This document shows positions 57,901 to 64,000 of a DNA stretch of 64,000 nt, piece after piece; the first letter of the stretch is position 1, and each line of letters begins with the position of its first letter. Made by a program: the position numbers and the translations under genes. The stretch covers positions 1-64,000 of the forward strand of contig JBGAML010000009.1 in NCBI GenBank assembly GCA_044223005.1, written 5' to 3'. This stretch comes from Candidatus Eiseniibacteriota bacterium. GTDB lineage: Bacteria > Eisenbacteria > RBG-16-71-46. Under the pieces are notes generated by a model. That model saw only the letters and a program-made list of their open reading frames with translations. It was not told where the DNA came from and searched no databases.

Positions 57901-59686
57901 CCGGGGCGCTGTTGCCGTCGCACCGGATGCCGTAATAACCCTTGAAGATGAACGAGTTCGTGATCGTCGGGCTGGCATTCGTGCACCAGATCGAGGTCGG
58001 GTAGCCGTCGTACGGGCTCTGGGATGCGTACGTGACGCGGCAGTAGTTGAGCTTGCTGGTGACGTCGTTGGACGAATCCGTGAAGTGGATCCAGTTCCAG
58101 TTGCCCTGTGCCGGCGTGGTCGTGGCGCCGTCGCCGTTGGTGTCGAGCGGGTTGCCGTACTGGTCGTCGCGCTCCGAGGTGAACACGATGTTGTTGAGGG
58201 CCGTGCCGTTGGCCACCAGCGCGCCGTCGATGATGAAGCCGCCGCCGCTGAGCTGGTGCTTGATCACGATGCCCGGATCGATCGTGAGCGTCGCGCCCGA
58301 GAGCATCTGGAGCGACCCGTTCATGAGGTAGTAGGTGATGTTGGCGAAGCCGCCCATCGTGCGCTGCTGCAGGTGCGAGTCGACCGCGATCGGCTCGCCC
58401 TCGAGCCCGATCGCCGTGATGGCGTTGGCGAGCAGGCCGATGTTGGTGAAGGTCGGATTGGCGGAGACCGACATCAGCACGGGGGTCGACGAGCAGTTGT
58501 TGATCTGGACGTTGGTGATGCTCGGATTGCAGACCCCGAGCAGGTTGATGCCGTGTCCGGCGTCGCTCAGCAGCGAGTTCGTGATGTCGATGCTGTTGTT
58601 CTGCTCCATCACGAGGCCCTGCGTGGTGGCGTTGGTCCCGAACTTGAGCCGGCAGTAGGAGAGCGATCCCGTCGCGCCCTGCTGGTAGTAGATGTATCCC
58701 CAGTCGCCGCGGTTGGGCGCGGTGATCGAGCCGTTGTTGTTGGTGTCCTTGGGCTGGCCGTAGTTGTCGTCGTGGATCGAGGTGATCGTGATGGAGTCAC
58801 CCGCCGCCGACGTGCCGTTCATGGTCAGCCCGCCCGCCACGGTGATGGCGGCGCCGGGGATGGGCTTGATGACGACGCCATGCTGCACCGTGAGCGATGC
58901 CGTCGCCGGGATCGTCAGGCTGCTGAGCAGCACGTACGTCACGTTGGTGATCGGGTTGGCGCCCACCGTCGCGCCGCGCTGGACGAGGCTCGAGGCGCCG
59001 GCCGGCAGCGTGCCGCCGCGCACGCCGATGGCGTCGTAGCCGTTGTCGGAGGACGAGAACGCGACGGACGAGAAGCTCGGGTTGGAGGTGAAGTCGATCA
59101 CGACCGGCGTCTGGGTCGAGGCCTGGATCGTGGTGTTGTTCAGGGTCGGCGCCGCCGTGCCCTGGCAGTCGATGCCGTAGTAGGACTTGCTGATCGTGCA
59201 GTTCGTGATCGGGTTGCCCACGCTCTGGAACGTGAGCGCACCGGTGTTGTTGTAACCGGCGTAGCGGAGGACGCAGTAGGTGAGCGCCGAAGCGCCGCTG
59301 ACCGAGCTCGACGGGAACAGGATGCCCCACCAGTCGCCCGTGTTGGGCACCGTGAGGTTGCCGTCGCCGTTGGTGTCGCCGGCGGGATTGTTGTCGTCCT
59401 TGATGGACGTGAAGTAGATCGGGTTGGCCAGGGTGCCCACCGCCTGCAGCGCGCCGATCGCGTTCAGCTGCGCCCCGGGGTTGAACTTGACGACCACGCC
59501 GGGCTGGACGGTGAGCGTGACGCCGGCGCTGATCGAGATCGTGTTCTTGACCCAGTAGGGCGATCCGGCGACCGTCCAGTTCGTGTTCGCCACGATGTTG
59601 GTGGTGACCGACGTCTGGGCGAACGACGCCGCGGCCGAAACGGCCAGGGTAGCGAGCACCAGCAACAGGAACCGGGCGAAGCGCAT
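54914..59686 (-). CDS. Large secreted parallel beta-helix repeat protein with dockerin and FlgD-Ig tail
   Basis: Six ~200-aa repeats with FTSxxDD...DTNGDG...PxxGxW; GDCSLNGQVMAYDASLLLQY...ADVSATSGITAFDGTLILQ duplicated dockerin motif; WDLTDGDGRPVRAGMYF. Confidence 0.85.
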   Translation of the reverse strand: MRFARFLLLVLATLAVSAAASFAQTSVTTNIVANTNWTVAGSPYWVKNTISISAGVTLTVQPGVVVKFNPGAQLNAIGALQAVGTLANPIYFTSIKDDNNPAGDTNGDGNLTVPNTGDWWGILFPSSSVSGASALTYCVLRYAGYNNTGALTFQSVGNPITNCTISKSYYGIDCQGTAAPTLNNTTIQASTQTPVVIDFTSNPSFSSVAFSSSDNGYDAIGVRGGTLPAGASSLVQRGATVGANPITNVTYVLLSSLTIPATASLTVQHGVVIKPIPGAAITVAGGLTMNGTSAAGDSITITSIHDDNYGQPKDTNNNGSITAPNRGDWGYIYYQQGATGSLSYCRLKFGTNATTQGLVMEQNNSIDITNSLLSDAGHGINLLGVCNPSITNVQINNCSSTPVLMSVSANPTFTNIGLLANAITAIGLEGEPIAVDSHLQQRTMGGFANITYYLMNGSLQMLSGATLTIDPGIVIKHQLSGGGFIIDGALVANGTALNNIVFTSERDDQYGNPLDTNGDGATTTPAQGNWNWIHFTDSSNDVTSKLNYCRVTYASQSPYDGYPTSIWCTNASPTITNSFIFKGYYGIRCDGNSAPVISANTFDNLGAAPIVMSVLSDPQIATNNTYTTNTYNALALISETLSQNALLKYRPNVGNPASPTFAYLPTGTITVASGVTLSIAPQVVIKPNSSYALFDVFGALNMVGSDNGTNRIFVTSMYDDAIAGDTTPLSSTLPNAGNWGRLLFEDTSVDASCVIRNVKFQFGGSGGNTSGVISCQSAGPRCANLEFFQNATAFTIAGNSTPSIDSLNILNCTQLPIVTSLISHPTYGQTMTFANNAYLGLGILGETIAQDVLLGVGKIGPFSNLNYILAGNVTIAFGAKWTINPGVVIKSGRLYADPTGNWIDIFGTLYANGKLDSLIMFTSLADDAFGQDVMGDGAATLPAPGQWYGIQFEPVSNDAATLMNYCRIRYAGNSGGALYFSSAGPTISNTQITRSYVTGATIAGASTPTFNSVDFDSTTANITGTPVYLSLVSDPVFNNCRFQGNAYTALGVITENIAQDVLWKVRPVAGRQNMPFFLNGLLTVGLGATLTMQPGVIVKGYSGTIDIQRAFTSIGRTVPESLVVFTSYRDDFYGGDSNNDSTYTSPAPGDWNYVTVEGTAIDPQVNFKNCVFRYGSASSTQGALRCVSSAPTVDSCLFAYNNVGISAEGSSNPLVRGSSFYGNYYYGINNTGASFCVSAEGCWWGAANGPADASATADLCGSATNAGSGDVVSNNVDYAPYASSGLINPLLGDCSLNGQVMAYDASLLLQYTVSSIVFNPLQKLVADVSATSGITAFDGTLILQLVANKIRAFPALSNGARQADADVLAAREFVRRSQGRFTVALGAAQRSGDEWLVPVAVSGTVPAYSLELTLTGGNAATLSGATPSDASHAIDAFAVRDGKGFVAMASADPLGSGDVVVLRFPAGAGEFRAPTLAFARVNDTIVQESVTPPAAPQVSFLGRPSQNPAREPVTLAFGVSMADAPRASVRVLDVAGRTLRTLVDGAMTPGEHSLRWDLTDGDGRPVRAGMYFVQARLGSQAFHQRLIVVR

Positions 59687-59935
59687 GGGGCCTCCGTTGG
59701 GAGTCGGCGGAAGTCACGATCCCGCGGGGTCGAGAGGCGTCCGGGCATGGGGGCCGGGGGAGCCTGGTGCCGCGCGGGGGCTGGAAGGACGGGGACGGGG
59801 AACGTCCTCAGGACGGTCCACAGAAGGATAACGTCACGAGTTGCCGAGTCGGCACATGCATTTTTCACGATGGCGCTGCAGCAATGGGACCGCCGGAAAG
59901 CGGCACTGAACCTCGGGCGGGCCCGCCGGCTCGGG

Positions 59936-62416
59936 TCAGCCCTCGCTGCGCCGGGCGACGAGCATCGTGATGTCGTCCGCCGGGCCGGTTTCGCCCTCGA
60001 ATGCGCGGACTTCCCGCACGACCCCGTTCGCGATCGCATCGCAGCTCTCGCCGCGCCGCCGGAGCAGCGCCTGGACCAGCCGGTCCTCGCCGAACTGTTC
60101 GGTCGCGGCGTCCGCGCCCTCGGTGACGCCGTCGGTGTAGAGCACCAGCAGGTCCCCGGGGGCGAGCGTGGCCTCGCCGCTCTCGAACCGCGACTCCGGC
60201 AGGATGCCCAGGATGAGGCCGCCGGTCGCCAGCCACTCGACCGTCCCGTCCGCCCGCACGAGCGCCGGCGGGTTGTGGCCGGCGTTCGCGTAGACGAAGC
60301 GGCCGGTGCGGCCGTCGAGGAAGCCGACGAACGCGGTGACGAACTTGCCCGGGTCGACGCTGCGGTGGAGGAACGCGTTCAGCCGCCCGGCCACCTCGTC
60401 GGGCTGCGAGCGGTCGACGTCCTGGCTCATCAGCGAGGCGCGGAACGCCGACATGAGCAGTGCGGCCGGGACGCCCTTGCCCGAGACGTCCGCGATCACG
60501 AGCAGCACGCGGCCGTCGCCGAGGGGGATGTGGTCGTAGTAGTCGCCGCCGACCTCACGCGCGGGTTCGCTGTGGCCCGCGACTTCGAGCCCCGGGACCT
60601 GCGGCGGCGCCGCGGGGAGCAGGCGCTGCTGGATGCGCCGCGCCAGGTCGAGCTCGCTCTCCAGCCGGTCCCGTTCCTTCTGCACCTCGCGCGCGCGTTC
60701 GAGACCTTCCGCCATGCGGTTGAACGCGCTGGCGGCGTCCCAGAGTTCGTCGTCGCCGTGGATCGGGATCCGGTACTCGAGCCGCTGCTCGCCCAGCGCG
60801 CGGGTGCCTTCGCGCAGCGCCGCCACCGGCTGCACGAAGCTGCGTCCGAGCTGGCGCACCATGGTCATGTTGAAGAGCAGCACCGGCAGCAGGAGCAGCA
60901 CGAGGCCCGCGAGGATCATGATCGGGATCAGGTTGTACGGGTTCTCGCTCACGTTGCGGTAGAGCCCGCTCACGATCGCCTTGAACGACACCTTCGCCGA
61001 AATCGCGAAGCTGCGTTCCGCCCACTCGCCGTCGCGGAAGCGCAGTCCGGCGACGTTCGCGCGAGCGGCGCCACCGAGCGAGTCCACGCGCACGTCGCCG
61101 TCGGAGTCCTCGGCGCCGACCAGCGTGTCCTGGCCGGTGCTGATCATGATCGCGCCGGTGCCCGGCCGGGAGTGGACCGCCGAATCCGGCACGCCGAACG
61201 TGCGCGCGACCGCGCGGGCACGTTGCAGGCCGAGCGAGTCCTCGCGCGCCAGGCGGGCGCGGTTCGCGATCACGCCGGCGTTCGACGGTCGGAGTTCGGC
61301 CATGACGAGGTGCGCGTCCGCGAGGTGGGAGGGGCCGCTCACCAGCGCTTCTCCGATCGGCACGAGCGCCACGGCTGCGACGCCGCGCGCCGAGTCGCGC
61401 GCGGCCGCGCCGAGCCAGCGCACGTCCTCGAGTTCGACGACGCCGTGGTCGGGGAGCGAGTCGAGGCCCGCGGCCCACGTCGCCAGATGGGACTCTCCGC
61501 CCGCGGGGTCGCCCGCGACGCGGTGCGCCGCTCCGCCCTCGATCCGCCAGAGGCGTGCGTGCGGCCACTCGCGGGCGTGGGAGGCGACGACCGCGCGCAG
61601 GGCCGCGTCGGGGTCGCCGGGCGTCGCGAGCGCCTGCGCGAGCGCGAGCCGCAGCCCGTCGGCTTCCGCGTTCACGGCGCGCTGCGCGAGCAGCGCCCGA
61701 TCGGAGCCGGCCCCGAGCCATGTGGTGAGCACCCACATGCCGACGGTGAGGACGAGCGGCACGCCGACGACCAGCAGGTGCGAGAGTGCGAGGCGGCGGC
61801 GCACCGTGCGGATGCCGAGGCTCGGATCCGTGACGAACGTCGCGAGCGCCTTGAAGAAGCCGGTCACCACGTAGGTGAGCGCGACCGCCGTCGTGAAGCG
61901 GCGGAAGTCCGCCAGCGCGAGCAGGGCACCCGTGTACTCCGGGGATTCGGCGCGGCCACCGAATCGCGCGAAGAACGCGGCGACCACCGCCAGCGCCCCC
62001 AGCGCCGAGGCGAACAGCGCGCGCGTGCCGAGCGCGGACCGCCAGCCGAACGACAGCGTCGCGAACACGGCGAACGTCGCGATCGCCGCCCACGGCGCGT
62101 GCATGGCCGCGAGCAGGACCGCGATCGCCGCGGACGCGATGCGGAGCCAGCGACCACGGCGCGGGACGCCGCACGTCGAGAGCCACACGACCGAGGTCCA
62201 GAGCGCCATGCCGGAGAGCGCGCGGACCACGAGGAGTGCGGTGGAGGCCGCGCCGGCCACGCCGCTCCCCTCGACGTCGCGCAGCAGGCCGGAGACCAGC
62301 AGGCCCACGCCGAGGACGAGAAGGGCCGCGCGTACCCGCGGTGGCCGCGCGGCCTGGGGAACCCTCGCCGCCCAGGTCGCGACGGCGAGCGAGATCAAGA
62401 AGAGGAGGGGACCCAT
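59936..62416 (-). CDS. Membrane sensor with HAMP and SpoIIE/RsbU-type PP2C phosphatase domain
   Basis: Many TM helices; DELWDAASAFNRM; EVGGDYYD, ADVSGKG, NAGHNPP, YTDGVTE, DDIT; start approximate. Confidence 0.9.
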   Translation of the reverse strand: MGPLLFLISLAVATWAARVPQAARPPRVRAALLVLGVGLLVSGLLRDVEGSGVAGAASTALLVVRALSGMALWTSVVWLSTCGVPRRGRWLRIASAAIAVLLAAMHAPWAAIATFAVFATLSFGWRSALGTRALFASALGALAVVAAFFARFGGRAESPEYTGALLALADFRRFTTAVALTYVVTGFFKALATFVTDPSLGIRTVRRRLALSHLLVVGVPLVLTVGMWVLTTWLGAGSDRALLAQRAVNAEADGLRLALAQALATPGDPDAALRAVVASHAREWPHARLWRIEGGAAHRVAGDPAGGESHLATWAAGLDSLPDHGVVELEDVRWLGAAARDSARGVAAVALVPIGEALVSGPSHLADAHLVMAELRPSNAGVIANRARLAREDSLGLQRARAVARTFGVPDSAVHSRPGTGAIMISTGQDTLVGAEDSDGDVRVDSLGGAARANVAGLRFRDGEWAERSFAISAKVSFKAIVSGLYRNVSENPYNLIPIMILAGLVLLLLPVLLFNMTMVRQLGRSFVQPVAALREGTRALGEQRLEYRIPIHGDDELWDAASAFNRMAEGLERAREVQKERDRLESELDLARRIQQRLLPAAPPQVPGLEVAGHSEPAREVGGDYYDHIPLGDGRVLLVIADVSGKGVPAALLMSAFRASLMSQDVDRSQPDEVAGRLNAFLHRSVDPGKFVTAFVGFLDGRTGRFVYANAGHNPPALVRADGTVEWLATGGLILGILPESRFESGEATLAPGDLLVLYTDGVTEGADAATEQFGEDRLVQALLRRRGESCDAIANGVVREVRAFEGETGPADDITMLVARRSEG

Positions 62417-62583
62417 CGAGACCACTGTATCGGAGCCGCAACCCTTTGACCACCATCGCGCTCCGCGATTCGGCATGCCGCGTGCGCCTTTTCGGGCACC
62501 TGCGGGGGTGCAGCGGTGTAGGAACGGGTGGCTCCCCAGCCATCGCGAGTCCTGTCCGACAACGGAGGCCCGTGGCGTCCCGA

Positions 62584-63222
62584 ATGCTGGTCCCGAACGC
62601 TCCGTCCCGCCCGCCGCTGGGCGTGAGCGCACCACCCGAACGCCGATCGATCGCCGCGCCCCGACCGGGCCGCGCGGCGCCGCTCCATGCGCTGCCGGTC
62701 ACGGGGACGCCCGGTCCCTCGACGCTGGCGGATGTGTGGGCGGCGCTGCGCCGCAGCGCCGACGCGCTCGGCGTGCCGGAGCATGGCGTGCTCACGATCG
62801 CGCGGCTGCAGCGCCGGCTGCGCGGCATCGGCGAGCGTGCGGCGGCGATGCCCGAGCGCCGCATCGCCGTGCTGGAGAGCGTCACACCGCCGCGGGCCGC
62901 GGGCCGCTGGTGGCCCGAGATCGCGACGATCGCGCACGCCCTCGACGCGCCCGCGTGGGACGCGGCGCTCGCGCTCGACGCCGTGTTCGTGGTGCCGCCG
63001 GCGCTCGACCTCGCGCCGTCGGTCGCGCTCAGCGAACCGTTCGTGCGCCGGCTCGCCAGAAAACTGCCCGACGCCGCGTGGATCGCATGCAGCGGCCGTG
63101 CGCTCTGGATCGGCGGCGGCGAGAACGTCGCGCTGGCGCTCGAGGTGGTCGCCGAGGTGCTGCACCCGGCGGCGTTCCGGTTCGGCCACGAGGGCCGGCT
63201 CTGGAGGCGCGTCCGCGCCTGA
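62584..63222 (+). CDS. Divergent C-terminal part of a cobalamin/ABC solute-binding-like protein
   Basis: PSTLADVW...LGVPEHG...RIAVLE...GRWWPE and LEVVAEVLHPAAFRFGHEG resemble BtuF-like binding proteins; start uncertain. Confidence 0.5.
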   Translation: MLVPNAPSRPPLGVSAPPERRSIAAPRPGRAAPLHALPVTGTPGPSTLADVWAALRRSADALGVPEHGVLTIARLQRRLRGIGERAAAMPERRIAVLESVTPPRAAGRWWPEIATIAHALDAPAWDAALALDAVFVVPPALDLAPSVALSEPFVRRLARKLPDAAWIACSGRALWIGGGENVALALEVVAEVLHPAAFRFGHEGRLWRRVRA

Positions 63223-63497
63223 CGCCCGGCGCCGGGGCCGCTTCCCGCGCTGCGGGAGCGGATTCCGGCTGCGATCGGGGCTCGTGGCGCGTGCTGGAGC
63301 GGCGGCGCGCAGGTGCCGAAAACCTCCGGGATCGACCGGGGGCGGCCGGCCACGGCCTGCCGCCCGCGAGCGGGCTTGGCCCGCCCCGGGGCAGGCGCTA
63401 ACCTGCCGCGCGGATCGGTCCATGGACGCCGCGCGACCCGCCGGAGAGCCTGGCGGGGCGGGCCGAGGCAACGTACCGAGCACGGACGGGGACAGCG

Positions 63498-64000
63498 ATG
63501 AGCGAGACGAAGCCCAACGTCAGCGAGAGCGAAGCGCGCGCGGTCGCCGAAGGGGCGCGCGAGACCACGTGGGAAGCGCCGTCGTTCGTGCGCGAGCTGT
63601 TCCTCGGCAAGCTCGATCTCGGGCTGATCCACCCGTACCCCGAGCCCGACGCGGAAGAGCAGAAGCGCGCCGCGGCCTTCCTCGAGGCCCTCGGCCGGTA
63701 CGCGCGCCAGATCGACGGCGAGCGCATCGAGCGCGATGGCCGCATCCCGCCCGAGGTCGTGCAGGGCCTGCGCGAGCTGGGCGCGTTCGGGATCAAGATC
63801 CCGCGCGAGTACGGCGGCCTCGGCCTGTCGCAGTACAGCTACTGCCGCGCGATGGCGCTGATCGGCACCGTGCACGGTTCGCTGGTCGCGCTGCTCTCGG
63901 CGCACCAGTCGATCGGCGTGCCGGGCCCGGTCAAGATGTTCGGCACCGAGGAGCAGAAGAAGCGCCTCCTGCCGCGGCTCGCGAAGGGCGCCATCTCGGC
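63498..64000 (+). CDS. Acyl-CoA dehydrogenase (ACAD9/VLCAD-like), 5' part; runs off the window
   Basis: SFVRELFLG, LGAFGIKIPREYGGLGLSQ, LSAHQSIG, FGTEEQKKRLLPRLAKGAIS. Confidence 0.92.
   Translation, partial: MSETKPNVSESEARAVAEGARETTWEAPSFVRELFLGKLDLGLIHPYPEPDAEEQKRAAAFLEALGRYARQIDGERIERDGRIPPEVVQGLRELGAFGIKIPREYGGLGLSQYSYCRAMALIGTVHGSLVALLSAHQSIGVPGPVKMFGTEEQKKRLLPRLAKGAIS

Noticed and set aside
54719..62449. 2576-aa plus-strand ORF
   Set aside because: Antisense shadow of the beta-helix and PP2C genes; Arg/Val/Gly-rich with no motifs, typical of high-GC DNA

Overview
GC-rich bacterial window (64 kb, about 50 credible CDS; most long ORFs in the track are antisense shadows). Eight secreted proteins end in a FlgD-Ig/T9SS-like C-terminal domain and one ends in a TWGxLKxxYR tail, which suggests (inference) an FCB-associated candidate lineage such as Ca. 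Eisenbacteria. Main result: an 8-gene operon (41681-52057) encoding an NHL propeller, a hexaheme cytochrome that matches Geobacter OmcS motif by motif (including the His16 inter-subunit ligand position), a 10-heme cytochrome, an outer-membrane beta-barrel, two CsgG/GNA1162-like lipoproteins, a DUF2155-like protein and a 42-heme cytochrome. This is a candidate cytochrome-nanowire and export system. It is flanked by a CcmF C-terminal-like gene and by cohesin/dockerin scaffold genes. Other highlights: two inverted copies of a 150-nt element in which 15 of 16 differences preserve base pairing (candidate structured RNA/repeat); an AT-richer island (about 17.5-23.3 kb) with four different HEPN-like genes, excisionase relics and repeated att-like 17-bp sites; partial gene duplications producing a chimera and a remnant; a secreted hexaheme cytochrome behind an FNR-like box; and a K+-independent membrane pyrophosphatase. 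No rRNA, tRNA or CRISPR array was seen. All family assignments come from motif recognition by eye; no searches were run.
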